DNA of 64,000 bases from NCBI RefSeq assembly GCF_009914755.1, contig NC_060945.1; one strand, 5' to 3'. This stretch comes from the human T2T-CHM13v2.0 reference genome, Homo sapiens. Made by a program: the position numbers and the translations under genes. The notes below the pieces were generated by a model. That model searched no databases, was not told the DNA's origin, and was given only the letters and a program-made list of their open reading frames with translations. How positions within the stretch are numbered: position 1 is the stretch's first letter; each line of letters begins with the position of its first letter. Positions 1 through 13,813 of the stretch are shown here, one piece after another.

Positions 1-279
1 TTCCATCTACCCAGGAAGATGAAGCATGACATGTCATTTCAAATGTGATTATGTGTATTATGAAAGGCTAAGTACAAATTGCTATGGCGGCAAATGCTAC
101 GCGGGACTTAGGACACATAGACTCTGTCTACATGCTTATAAAAGATGGTTTTTAAAATGTTAGTGTGCTTAAAAGCTCTATACCCGTCTAACTGTAGCTA
201 TACATTACAGCATTCATCACATTCTATGTGTATGTATACCTATTCCGCCAAACATTGTTCTTAACTCTGATTACATAAT

Positions 280-370
280 AAGTGGTCTGCAGGGAAGCCC
301 AAGCAAAAATATATTTTTAAAAGAGCTTCCCAGGTAATTCTACCACACAGCCATGATCAAGAACCACAAC
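280..370. mobile_element. MER5-family (hAT-Charlie) MITE fragment
   Basis: 'cttcccaggtaattctaccacacagccatgatcaagaaccac' resembles the MER5A terminal region. Confidence 0.5.
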
Positions 371-379
371 ACGAGGCCA

Positions 380-495
380 CGAGCTTCTTAAGGACAGAGA
401 TACCTGTTGTCCTGAACTTTATGCCTAACATCTGGCATGGTAAACTATACAGATTTGGTGTACAATAAACGCTTGTACATTGAACTGAATTGATT
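380..495 (+). mobile_element. L2 3' end fragment
   Basis: 'cttcttaaggacagaga...ctggcatggta...caataaacgcttgtacattgaactgaat' resembles a degraded L2 3' terminus. Confidence 0.5.
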
Positions 496-1676
496 TGAAA
501 TGCCCTGGAAATGCATTATAAACTGCTTCCTCAAGAGAGAAAGTCTCAATATTGCATGTCCTTCTTTCATTTCTACTCTAGAAATGTAACATAAACATGA
601 TGAAACAGCCATACCAATCCGGTGAGTTATCTGCCTGTTCCCTCAGGGGGACAAAAAAATTAAAAGCATATTATTAAATAACTATAAAAAATTTGGATTA
701 GGAAATATCCTAATTCACCCATGGCCTGTCTAGTCCACTCAGTTCTCAATGCACATGCCAACTATTGCTAAAACCATCTGTTCCCTTCCAGACATGGATG
801 ATCCCATCAAACAACCATGAGCCAAATTTGCTAACCATCAGCCTGCAAAAAGTACACAGAGTTTGACTTTTCACCTGACCAATCCTATCAGCACTTCGTG
901 CCAGTCATAAAGACAAAAAAATCCAACCAGCTGCACTCTGTGAATGGCTGAACTGATTGAACTGCCTAGATATTTTGGTCAGGAAGACACAATCTAAGGC
1001 TTCCCCATCAACACAAATTTCCATGGAAACCAAACCTGGAGATAGAGTACATGTACTTTATTTTAGGTCCAATGGTTGTCATGAGGCCTTCCCTGTGTCA
1101 GTCAAGGTTCTTGGTATCCAGGCCAGTGCTTTGCTCCATGGCTGGCTATCGTTTGAGCCATCACTTTAACCAGGCTCAGACAGTACTTGCTTTGAATAGG
1201 CTCCAAAGAGTTTTCCATGGAGAACTTATGTCTATAGAACTGTCTGCTCACCCAGACTTCATAAACCCTTTGTCTATCCAGACAGGAAAAAAAATCAACA
1301 TTGCACTGTTATTATTAAATTTATTTAGTATTATTTTATTCTTCTTAAAAATACAGCTACATTCCTCTCTTACCACAATATATCTGGAACTTGAAATTTT
1401 GTATCTGCTTTTTAAAACCATTTTAAGGATATCAATGACTTATATCCTAAATAGCCAAATATAAATTAACCCTTACTTTTCTTAACAGTCCAGAGCATTA
1501 TGAAATGAAAAACCATGTTTTACTGTGAAAAGTTACTCTCTGATTTTTGTAAATTCGGATTTGGGCACATCAGGCCCTCCACTATTTAATGGAAATAAAA
1601 GTGGAGGTATAACTTCACATTGATGATATCAATCCCTATTTTGTGCTTTCAACATTCACATCTTTATTTGCTTGCC

Positions 1677-2225
1677 TAATGTGTTAGGAGGAATTCAAGT
1701 CAGTGCAGGACACAGAAACCACACTGAAGGTTTTAAGCAGGGACAGATTAAAATAGGAAATTTGTTTCTGACAAAATTATTGAAAGGGCTTGAAGAACAG
1801 CTTCTATGCTGGACCTCGTGGAATGACTTCAGAAACAAAACTGACCCACTAAGCTCACTAAGGTGGTCACTGGAGCTGTGATGGAAGGGAGACGTTCCAC
1901 TGACATGGCTCCAGGGTCCTTCCCACATCCAAAAAGCTAAGAGAATGAATACTGGGAGCTGTGATTCTGAGACTGGAAAGCCAGATCATGACGCCAGCAC
2001 CTCTGCCCCTGCTTCTTGACACCATGGAAGCTTGAGAATGGACAGTGGAGCGCTGAATTAAGGAGACCTCCTATCTTCATGATCTCACTGGCCAGCAGCA
2101 ACAGCTAAAAGCTACAAAAGGATGACTTCTCCCTCACACCCGCCTTTCAGATTTCATGGAAATCAGTCTAATTGGTGGATCGTCATTTCTTCTAAACCGC
2201 AGCTGCAAGCATATCTGGGAAACAT
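1677..2225 (-). mobile_element. Old MaLR LTR (MLT1J/K/L-like)
   Basis: Motifs 'cagaaaccacact...tttaagcag' and 'gctgcaagcatatctgggaaa' are typical of old MLT1 LTRs. Confidence 0.5.
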
Positions 2226-2230
2226 AATTA

Positions 2231-2321
2231 ATAATTTTTCAAACTCTTCAACTAGAGGAAAGTTGTGAGTGTACAAATAATTTTTCAACCTCTTCAACAA
2301 GAGGAAGTTGTGAGTGTATAA
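2231..2321. repeat. 46 bp tandem duplication (2 copies)
   Basis: ataatttttcaaactcttcaactagaggaaagttgtgagtgtacaa followed by ataatttttcaacctcttcaacaagaggaagttgtgagtgtataa. Confidence 0.9.
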
Positions 2322-3633
2322 ACACCTATATAAACAACAGAGGCACAAAGTAATATTCATTGCTTTATTTACACATTCAAGTTGAATATAGATAGAAGAT
2401 GACAAAGTCTGATGACCAGAGACCCCAGTTTCAACACTGTTAAAAGGAAATTGAGGTCACATCAATCCTAAGTACCATGCATTCAGATTATGGTTTCAAG
2501 TTCAAATAACAGCTAATGACTCAATTCACATATATCCAGAAAGACAGCCCAAAATCACCCCAGAATAATACTCCCACGTCTCCACTACTTGACCTCTCTA
2601 CCATTCAACTCAACTTTGATGTCTAATTTTTGCCTTGAAACTGCATAAATTCAGTCTTCAAAAGTTTATTGTTCTGTAGGACAACCAGAAATTTACACTC
2701 AGTTAGGAAACATAAGACACAGTTGTCTTTTAGTGTGTCCATTCTTCTGAATGTATATCACTCATAATAATAATAACCAATACCTCAAAGCGAATAAAGT
2801 ATTTTATGATGTGGCTTAGTGGTTTTATTTATGCCTCCTCAGGAAGCCAAGAGACCACAACACAAATCTGAAAAACAATTAGCCTGTTTCTGATTAAACA
2901 TGTATTGCTTAAAGCTGTAGCAAGTGAACAAGTGAAAAAGTTTACTGCTAATTCATACAAGCAGTATTTTTTGCTGGGCCCTTTAAATAATGAAAGCTAT
3001 GCAAATAGTGGCAAAGGATAAAAGAAATTAAACACAATTTAATTTCTTCATTTTGAAATGCAATCAGTAACTGTTTTCATTCATACTCCTTTGGATTTTC
3101 TTATCTATCCTGTGCACCAAGGAAATAAAATGTATCTAGAAAGGTCAATTGATAAATGCTTATTAGCTTAAAGCATGTTTAAGCTAAAATCTTAATCCTA
3201 GAATTATTTGTTTAGTGGAAATTCAAAAGGGCAAGTCATATTATCAAAAATCATGTGGCTAATCATTAGTGTTTTATCTTTAAAACTACTTTTAAACTAA
3301 CGAGCATTTCTCACAGTTTGCAAGTTGATTCAGTAATGTACCTTTGGCCTTCATGAGCCACTCACTTATGACCCTCCAAATCTCCTAGCTTCTAAGTCTG
3401 CAGTCAGAGAACACATATACAGAAGGAGCCTTAGGTGTTATGCTCACAGTGTAACTCCTTATATATTCAATTTAAAATACAAAAGTGCCTCATAAACAAA
3501 TCTAATTTATAAAGTCTTGATAAAATGCATAGATGTTGGTGAAGATACTTATTCATTTAAGACACATGATGTAAATAGTCAAGTTCTCATGGTATGCACA
3601 CAGACAAAAGGTGGAAAAATTTAGCAAATACTC

Positions 3634-3922
3634 ATTTTTTTAAACAGGGTCTTGATCTGTTATCCAGGCTGGAGTGCAGTGGTGCAATCATAGCTCACTG
3701 CAGCCTTGACCTTCTGGGCTCACGTGGTCCTCCCACCTGAACCTCCCAAGTAGCTGGGACTACAGACTTGTATCACCATACACAGCTAATTTTTTTTTTA
3801 TTTTTTGTAGACATGAGGTCTCACTACGTTGCTCAGGCTGGTCTCAAACTTATGGGCTCACGTGAACCACCTCAGCCTCCCAAAGTGCTAGGATTACAGG
3901 CATGTGCCACTGTGCCCTGTCC
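3634..3922 (-). mobile_element. AluJ
   Basis: Dimeric antisense Alu with J-type sequence ('atcatagctcactgcagccttgacc', 'gggctcacgtggtcctcccacc'), highly diverged. Confidence 0.93.
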
Positions 3923-6899
3923 CAAATATTTGGATCTTTAGTTCCCAAAATACCGAGTGTCTGCATATACAAACATATCTGTATATTGGTGTTTTTAGTT
4001 TTCATTTGGAAGTTTTCCATAAAAACCACGATCTTAGTTTTCTTAGCTATGTGCCCTGAGTTGTGAATAATAATTTTGATAATGTTACTATCCCTTTAGG
4101 AAAATATTTAGCACAGAAACTCTGATAAATGTGTCTTGTCTGTTGCAATTGAGTATGTTTGCAAAAAGAAGAGGATTTGGAAAAGATATTTCAGTAATTC
4201 AACATAGCCAAAAACTTATTATTGTATAAGTATTAACACACTACTAAGACAACTAATCTTATTTTATGTACCACAATATACTTAATGAGTAAATTTAACT
4301 AAACCTATCACAGTAAAGGGTAAATGACTACTCCATGCCTTTTACATTTGAAGCGGGCACCAGTAATGCTCACTTCAGTGCAGGGTCTCTGCGGTGTCTG
4401 CACTCATTCCTCAAGGAGTAGCAGGCCACAAACTGGTTATTGAGTTTGGAAGGGGAAACTGAACAAATGTTTCCCAGCCTCTTCCTAGTTCCTTCATCTA
4501 AGAAGCGTAAGGCTTGCAAGTAGCATGAATTTTCATATGCGCCATTTTGCTCCATGTTGTAAAGGATCTTGTCTCTATTGAGGAAACTTGTGGTTTTCCA
4601 GGACTGCTGTAATTGGCAATCATACTCTCCAAAAGCAGATTTACTAGGTTAAAAAAAATGTGGTAATTTGCTCCACTTCTTTTTTATCTTTTGTCTTCTC
4701 ACTTGGTTCAGAACTTAGGCAGTTTAATAGAGTTCTCTTTATTGGACCCACTTGAGCCTCATATAAGATTTAATTTTTAAATTGTCTGAAAAAGAGTCTG
4801 AGGTTCCCAAGAAGCCTCTAGTTCATTAAACCACTTGACTTTCCAAATCTATGTGCATTAGCCAGAATCTATGTGCAAAGATCTACCTATATAAAAGCCC
4901 TTCTATAATTACAATTTCTACATGGGCTTTTTTTTTTAACAAAGAAATAGAAATGGGAAACTCAACCAATTTATATTTTTTCTTATACAGCTCATCATAG
5001 AAATAGATAGATATATATAAATAACTATATACATAGTTATATAAATAACTTTTCTTTAAAACATTTTTAAAAGCAGAACACATATTTAATATATATTAAA
5101 AGGTCACATGCCTAATATAGTTTTCTGTTGCTCTCTAATGAAAGATGCATGAGACACTTATTTACAAGGTTTCTTAATTTCAGCATTGGTTGCTTACTCT
5201 GCCCCAAATTCACAAGTAATTGATGAAGGCCTATTTTGTTAATTATGTGAAGATCTGTTTTAATTGTGCCTTCTATTGGCATTTTCATACAAAACAAATT
5301 GAAATTGCAATTTAGGAATTTTCCAGTAAATTTGATCAATGTAGGCCACCAAGCTTATTAATTCAGGCAAAGAAACAGATGCTGGCTATCAGAATTGATC
5401 AAATGAGTGATGGTCAACAAATTCCTACTGTTTTGTGTACTATGGACACATAGTCTAGGAATTTATCCTAACTTCTCTTCTTCTCCATGAAATATATGAG
5501 AAATTGCCTGTCTCCAAAGCCAAAACTAAAAGCTACTTAAATTGACTGCAGATGCTTATGTATCTCAAGATTAATGCACTGTGGATACAGAACTCTCAAC
5601 CCAGACTTCACAACCAAATCAACTGGAGCTCATATGGCACACACCTGTGGAATTCAACCAACTAAATTCTCAGAGATTTGGATACAAGTAGATATATTTT
5701 TATTACCAGAAAGGAAGGGTAAAAGCAGAAGCATTTTGTAAGACCTTTCTTAACAAGCAAGTATGTATTGCAAGGGGGCTCTGGGAAATGAGGCCTGCAG
5801 GAGGGGAGGGAGTAGACACAGGATGCACAGGAAAGACGATGGCAAGTACCAAAGAAAAATATCGTTGATTTCTAAAATTAGAAAATAGCATCAGTGACTG
5901 AAAAGGACCATATACAAAGTTTGTGGGTTCTTTTCATTGATTATTATAACCAATTGCAGCTTCCATTACCATTTTCCAAATCTGCTATCTCTTGGGTTCA
6001 TAATTTGCTAAAGCTTTGGCCCCCAAAGAAGCATTCTATCTCCTATTATACACTAACTTTCCTAGCCAACATTTCCCTCTCAAGCAATGCATTTTTTTCT
6101 GCATTGCATGCATGAAATTTACAGAACGTATATCCCACTTGTTGAAATCCACAATGCTTATATTAAAAGCTAGAGAGATAATTAATGCATAAAACACTGA
6201 AAATAAATAAAAACCATTGTCTCCAGAAATAACTTGCCAAAAATGTAACCCTAGAGTCCTAAGTGGGGCTGGAAAGCAGAAAATGCTCATCTCAAACACC
6301 TTTATCTCTTTTTTTCCCTCCTTAGGAATGTCCAGAATGTCTGAGGTCCTTATGAATTCCTAACTTCTTGTTCAAATTGACTCACAGAAAAAAAATGCCC
6401 AATAAACTCATCCATGTTAAGTAATAAATTTGTCTACATTTTTACATTAATGCATCATGAATATTATCATTTTCTGACACATACATTTCAACACCAAAAC
6501 ATTATATACAATAAGGAAATCCCAATCATTTTAATAATGGAGAAGAATTAACCAGGTCTCCCTTTAAATCATGTATTTGCCTACACAAGCTGGCTTCTTT
6601 CAGTGTACTTACTGTACATCTTGAGAAGCAACAGCTTCATATCATCTGGACCAAGCACAGCGAGAGTTCAAGGAAAGTTGACTATAACAGGGAGTTGCAA
6701 TAAATCATCATTGGGAGTTTGAAGGTGACAGTGTCTTTGCTGCACTTGTAATCCCTTTCATGATACTGGAGAGGGCAGAGGGAGAGTTAAAAACAGTGGA
6801 CATGTTCATCTCCAAGCAGCCTGACTGTGATGTTTCTAGGGGGAAGAAGTTCTTAAAACATCTTTTTGAAATTCTCTAAAATAGTAGTGCCTCATAGTG

Positions 6900-7170
6900 T
6901 CAATAATGGGGTAAGGGATTAGGAGGATAAATGGATATAACAGAATGAGACAAAGTCAGACTTTTAGGAAACCTACATCTCAGAGGTGAAGAAGATGGCA
7001 AGCAAGAAGCACAAATAAGATAATTAAGGATGATAAAATAGGAGAAGCTCTCCATGGGAAGAGATGTGAGGAGACATGAATCTAAAAATGAGATAGCGAT
7101 GTCAAACACAGTGAAAAAAAAAAGTGCTCAGGCAAATAAACAGGACATGCAAGGACCCTGAGCTGGTCTC
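6900..7170 (-). mobile_element. L2 fragments
   Basis: Purine-rich degraded sequence resembling antisense L2 ('gaaacctacatctcagaggtgaaga', 'catgcaaggaccctgag'). Confidence 0.4.
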
Positions 7171-7350
7171 TGGGCCTCCCCGACCAAGACTAAATACCTA
7201 CAACCTTCATTCCCTGACATAATGCTGTACATTGGGGGAAAAAAAAATATGCCATTTGTAGAGATCACTAACAACAGCCAAACTGTTTTGGCTGTTTATA
7301 CTAACAAGATTTGTCAATAGTCTATAGACAGTTTTATATGTGATGCTATT

Positions 7351-7706
7351 TGATATGGTTTGGCTGTGTCCCCACCCAAATCTCACACTGAACTATAATA
7401 ATCCCTATGTGTCAAGGGTGGAGCCAGGTGGAGATAATTGAATCATGGGGGGTGGTTTCCCCCATACTGTTCTTGTGGTACTGAATAAGTCTCATGGTAT
7501 CTGATGGTTTTATAAGTGGGTGTTCCCCTGCACAAGCTCTCTTGCCTGCTGCCATGTAAGACGTGACTTTGCTCTCATTTACCTTCCACCATGATTGAGA
7601 GGCCTAGCCAACCATGTGGAACTGTGAGACAATTAAACTTCATTTCTTTATAAATTACCCACTCTCAGATAGGTCATTATTAGCAATGTAAGAACAGAGT
7701 AATACA
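7351..7706 (+). mobile_element. THE1 (THE1B/C-like) solo LTR, ERVL-MaLR
   Basis: Starts tgatatggtttggctgtgtccccacccaaatctc, ends ...agtaataca; degenerate 5 bp TSD ctatt/caatt. Confidence 0.93.
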
Positions 7707-8493
7707 CAATTTAAATAATGTATAGGTAACATTTTTCCTGGATCAATCTATACGGACTTTGGATGAGAGTAAGAAGGAAGACAATGGCCTCTTCTCTTTA
7801 GAGTTGAGGAAGTGACTATAACAAAAGCTAAACATCAATTTGCCAAGAAAAAATGCAAATTTAGCAAGGATATTCCAGAGAACAGTACCAGCCAGTTCTG
7901 CTAACACCAAATGTAGCAGGGAAATAAAGAGAGAGTAATTTGTATTTATGAAATAGGGAAAGCAAACTACCTTGGGGATGACTATTTTCTTATTCCTAGT
8001 AAAAGACCCATTTTTGGGAAATCACAACAGTCAACAGAGAAGCAGGAGAAACAAAAGTCTTCATTTCCCTCAAAAACACTTTCCTTGACGTAAAAGGAGC
8101 TTCGTTTGTTCTCTTACTGCAGTCACAGCAGGATGAAACCATATCATAATTCTTAATTCCAGGAAATTTAGGACAAATTATGAGCAAGCTATTCTTTTAA
8201 AACAGCTGCTATTTTTAGTGTCTTTATAATTATTTAACTTCCTGGAAAGAATAACATATACAACTCTTCATCTTCCAGGCTCCAATGTTTGGGCTTTTTA
8301 AAAATGTTTAAGTAAATGTTAGAGTAGTTTTAATAAAAACATGCCAAATTCACCTTCTTCTACCCACAATGTTTATAGGTTCTTCTGTATCACTATATTA
8401 CCTAAAAAAAATGGTCCTGAAGGAAAGAAAAAGTGAAAGTGGGGGCTTTGAAAATTATATATTACAATAACTTTATATTTTGGTAATCATATC

Positions 8494-8780
8494 TTTTTTT
8501 GAGACGGAGTCTCGCTCTGTTGCCTAGCCTGGAGTGCAGTGGCGCAATCTCGGCTCACTACAACCTCTGCCTCCTGGGTTCAAGCGATTCTCCTCCCTCA
8601 GCCTCCTGAGTAGCTGAGACTACAGGCGTGTGCCACCATGCCCAGCTAATTTTTGTATTTTTAGTAGAGACAGGGTTTCACTATGTTGGCCAGGCTGGTC
8701 TTGAACTCCTGACTTCATGACCCACCTGCCTCGGCCTCCCAAAGTGCTGGGATTACAGGCGTGAGCCACAACACCCGGCC
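8494..8780 (-). mobile_element. AluS (Sg/Sc-like)
   Basis: Full antisense Alu ending ...cccggcc; flanks taatcatat/taatcgtat resemble a TSD. Confidence 0.95.
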
Positions 8781-9228
8781 CAATAATCGTATTTTAAATA
8801 GTGATATTGTAGTTCAACCTGCTGGATTATGTTATTTCAACTCTATCCTTTCTTAGAACAGAGTAGCTAATACATACATTCAAGGACTCTTAGAGAATTT
8901 ATACCACCTAGACATCGTGCAAGTGAGAGAACTGAATTCAGCCCGAGAATCTTCAACAACTTACCTATGATACCATAGGGAGAAAGTGAAAATGGCTGAT
9001 GAGGGAAATATTTTCAGGTGACTATTTTGTTCAGAGAAGCAGAATAAAATTTCTCACCTGTATGGACCCAGATTTACACCCTGAAGCAAAGTAGAAACTT
9101 TTAACTGTGCCCAGCCTTTCAGCTTGTAGCCAGGGATAGATGGAAGGCTTTGCACTCACTCCCAACAAGAAAAGAATCCAGGGGAAAAAATCCAGTTCCG
9201 CCCCAGGCAGGCAGAGTGATGGTCCTGA

Positions 9229-9551
9229 GCAGAGCAGGCAAATTTTTTCTGTAAAAAGACAGACAGAAAAAATTTTTAGTGTCTAGGGACAAGAAACAAA
9301 TTATACTATATACTTTTAAAATAAGTGAGAAAACAAATTCTCAGAATGTTTTCGTTGATGAAATTCAAAATACAATGATAAGTGAGTACTTTTTTTGTAA
9401 TATAGGTCTACCAATGAGAAAAGCTGAATTCTTTATAGGGTGGATAATGTGTCACCTAATGAGATTCAAAGGTAAAAACTGTCTCTGGTGTGTGAGCCAT
9501 ACAAAAACAGTGAGCTGTATTCGACCCATAGGACATTGGGTACCCACCCTG
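9229..9551. mobile_element. MER58/Cheshire-family hAT element fragment
   Basis: 'ggcaaattttttctgtaaaaagacagacagaaaaaatttttag' resembles the MER58 terminus; other end 'gagccatacaaaaacag...acccaccctg'. Confidence 0.6.
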
Positions 9552-10625
9552 GCATTCAGTGTGGCTCTATGTGGTACTACCTAAATGTCCTCCCATCCGG
9601 TAAAGAAAAACCTGGGCTAAATTTCTTAAGACAGGTGGGGTAAGATGTAATGTTTCTCAAGGAGAAAAACTCTCATTATTTTAAAGCCTGTAGCAAATAC
9701 AGCAGTTGTACCACTGAAAAAGGCCACGGCGCAGCAAATTGAAAATGGTGCTAATGAGAACAGCAGGAAGACCTTAAGAATCATGACAGGAATGGTGTTC
9801 ATGATCAAGGGGCTCTAGAGGAATTAGGCCTTGGTCCAGCCTTTAGGTAAATATCCATATTTGCTTTATGTAAATATCCATAAAGCAAAGACTTCCAAAA
9901 TTGTTCTCAGGCTATGAAGTGTGTGCTTAGATTATCTTACTCCAAGGCAACATGCCCTGGTGGAGGAAGGTCACATATTCACATCTGTATAATCTTTTTG
10001 TTGCTTCTTAAACTCTGAGTCTTTAACACCGAGATTCTTTTGCCTCTCCCAAAGCTTGGTCATTCCGTTTTAATTCATCAGAGGTGATCAGTTTTCTAAG
10101 AGAGAAAGAATGAGACACAAGTGAGGAATTTTCAAGCTTTTGGAGATAAAGGAGGAATGACAGTGTGTAGTTTGATGCAAAAGGGAACACATAGAAGGAA
10201 TATTCACTTACCAGATACACACTTGCTGAATAGATGTTCTAGAACTCTTGGGTCATGCCACTAATGGACATGTTACTGATGAGGTTCAAGAAGTTTCAAG
10301 AGCCCTGTGGAGATCTAAAATTGTAGGCCCTAAAAAAGTGGCTAAATTAAAATACAGGAGGAGTCTAGAGATAAATTTTGCTTCTAGAAGGAATTGCGTC
10401 CATGGCTGGAGCTTGTCAGCCAATGTAACTCACACCATCTTCGTGAGTAGTGTTAGCTTTGAGGACCTTTGTGATCACTGAGTAATTGCAGAACTTCATG
10501 TTCACTCAGGACAGTGATTGCTGGATTTAGAATGTGTACAGCTTCCAATGACTAACTCTGTGCATCACTTTCTCTGACTCCATAATCCCAGTAGGCCCTT
10601 CTCCCATGAGAAACTAGGGAAGCTT

Positions 10626-11068
10626 TATCAAGAATGAAGACTATGAGATATTAAGCCACTTGCAAGCTAACATATTAGCCCCCACAGCTTCAACGTGATG
10701 GGCTGAAGACACTGGACTCCTAGATCAAAGAGAAAAGACTTTATTACTGAAGGCACAATGAGCATCCTTATCTTCATATTTTCCCAGGTGGATACAGCAC
10801 ACACAATGGGTTTGCATCATAGATGAGCAACCCCTTGCTGGCAAAACCCCAGTTTCTAATAGAGCTGCAGAAAAGAAACCCAACGTCTGCCCCAGATGAA
10901 GACATTGTATTTATTAGACTGCAAAGTAGACAAACACCTTTTCCTTCAGAGAGAGAAATCATCTCTATCTTCAAAAGCTGTTTGCTCTACCAACATCCTC
11001 GAAAAGACAGAGTGATCATCACCAATGCCTTTATTTGCAAGACATACATGGAGAATTGCCTCCCAATA
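10626..11068 (-). mobile_element. LTR40-family (ERVL) solo LTR
   Basis: Reverse complement starts tattgggaggcaattctccatg; homologous to the + strand copy at 36952-37502. Confidence 0.75.
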
Positions 11069-11127
11069 TGCCCAGACTTGCTTAAATTCATTCATGTCAC
11101 ATTCCCTATTGAGCTTCCAGATAATAA

Positions 11128-11525
<398 letters not shown>

Positions 11526-11669
11526 TTATTGATCATCATTCTAAGACATGGCTTTATTCTTATGCAGCTCAAAGTCATTAGGAAAAACAGTCATTAGGAA
11601 AAAAAGTGAGTCATGATTTCTAACCACTGCAATAAAGATAACATGAGCCAAGCCATTTGCTATTTCTCA

Positions 11670-11834
11670 GATTCAATTTTTGCTTACATTTCACTGAACA
11701 GAACTTAGTGACATAGCCTCACATAGCAGGAAAGGCAAGGAAATGAATACATTGTTGCCTGGAATAACATCAGGATTCTGTTACTAAGCAATATGGGAAA
11801 TATGGATAATGGGTGCAATTAAAATCTCTGACAC
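11670..11834 (-). mobile_element. MLT1J/K-like LTR fragment
   Basis: 'atcaggattctgttactaag...atggataatgggtgcaatt...tctctgacaca' matches an MLT1 terminal motif. Confidence 0.6.
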
Positions 11835-12239
11835 AAGAAGAAAACCTGTAAAAGTTATCATGAATGATACATCTTTGGGAAATTATTCTGCTCATATAAA
11901 ACCAGGTTTCCCCAAATATGATTTAGGTATTCCTGTCAAATGTTAGGTGATTATGTAACTGAACTAGAAGATAGAAAATTAGACTTAACATGCTTACTTA
12001 TTCCATTAAACAACAGCAAACAAACAAACAAACAGATTCACTCTCAGTTTAGCATTTATATATGCCATTGTGTGGTAACTATCATGTGGTAATAATCTAA
12101 CAACATAAAATATTGCTTTAAGATTAAAGTAAGATCATAAAATTTCCAAATACTAAGAAGTTACCAAAAATTGTATACTACAGACTCACTGTATACTATA
12201 GTTCCACTGAAGGTTGTTTCAAGAAGTTCTTTTAAAATT

Positions 12240-12780
12240 TAGAACATAAAGGGCAAGGAGGTGAAAATACTAGACAAAAAGGGAAGCAATCTAAAAAATA
12301 GCCTAATTCTCAAAACAATATATTAGAAATTTCAGAAGCAGATATAATAGACAAAGGAGAGATAATAATCAATAAAATAATAGTTGAGAATTTCTCTGAA
12401 TTGAAGAAACATTAAATGTTAAAAACATGTTATGGTAGTAGAAACATAATTATACTGGAAAATATTTAAATATTTTTATAAAGAGGAGATAATAGATGGG
12501 GGAAAAGTGAATGTGTTTCTTTTCCACAAATATCAAATTTCAGAAGATAGTAGAGCAAAATTTCTAGAGTTTGAGCTTCAATACCTTCATGCCCAATCAA
12601 CCTAAGATTTAACTGCTAGGGCAACTGAACAGTATTCTTACACATGCAGGAATAATACTACCCACGTGCTCTCCCCCCACAAAAAAACTGAAAAACTATT
12701 TCATCAATTGAGGAACTGAATAAAAATAAGACATCTGTGATGTACTGACAAGATGAAATGAAAAAGGCAAGCTCAAAATA
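12240..12780 (+). mobile_element. Ancient L1M ORF1-region fragment
   Basis: A-rich, contains 'aaaataatagttgagaatttctctgaattgaagaaa', typical of old L1 ORF1. Confidence 0.55.
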
Positions 12781-12938
12781 TGTCTTACAATATGAACGTT
12801 TTGTTTAAAAATAGATATTATACATGTTTAATGGAGATATGTATCTCTATTAAAAAGCTTAGAAATATATAATCAATATGTTAATAGTGGTTATGTTTTA
12901 CTAGTGGGAAAAATAATTTTTAATATTTATGGTCTACA

Positions 12939-13230
12939 CCTGAGCTGTCCAACATGGTAGCCACTAACACATGCAACTAGTAAATGCTTGAAATATGGCT
13001 GGTCCCAGTGAGAGGAGAGATATGCTATAGTGCATGCCAGATTTCAAAGACTTAATGTGAAAAATGAATATAAAAGATCTTATTGATAATTTTATATTAA
13101 ATACTAAAATACTCATATCTTCAATAATTACATGAATAAATTTTATTTTTAAAATTAATTTTACCTATTTTTTAAAAAATTATCTCACAAATGTAACTAC
13201 TAAAAAGCTTTAAATTATATATATTGTGAG
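12939..13230. mobile_element. MER33 (hAT-Charlie)
   Basis: 'ctgagctgtccaacatggtagccacta...cttgaaatatggct...ccagatttcaaagacttaatg' is colinear with MER33. Confidence 0.8.
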
Positions 13231-13462
13231 TAATGGAAGTCTTATTCGAATTAACAGTTTTAAAAGGAAATCTGTAACTCATGGAGCTGGAAATAGTATT
13301 GGTATAACTCATGAGATGGAAGGAAAAGCTATGGGAACCAATATTCTGGTCATTATCCACCTCCCAGCTCTGTATTCGACTGGCTTCTTTCTGTGGGAGG
13401 CTTCTCTCCACCTAGCAGGAAACATGTTTGCCAGCAACTAAGTTTTGCATCCTCCCAAATAA

Positions 13463-13813
<351 letters not shown>

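Noticed and set aside
4370-4555. 61 aa minus-strand ORF with ATG start
   Set aside because: Short, no recognisable domain, no convincing splice context; length is within chance expectation.
7273-7296. 10 bp-stem hairpin aacagccaaa/tttggctgtt as a miRNA or terminator
   Set aside because: Far too short for a pre-miRNA; isolated small inverted repeats are expected in 64 kb.
11572-11604. 16-18 bp micro-duplications (also ~26180, ~28127)
   Set aside because: Ordinary slippage duplications with no further structure.
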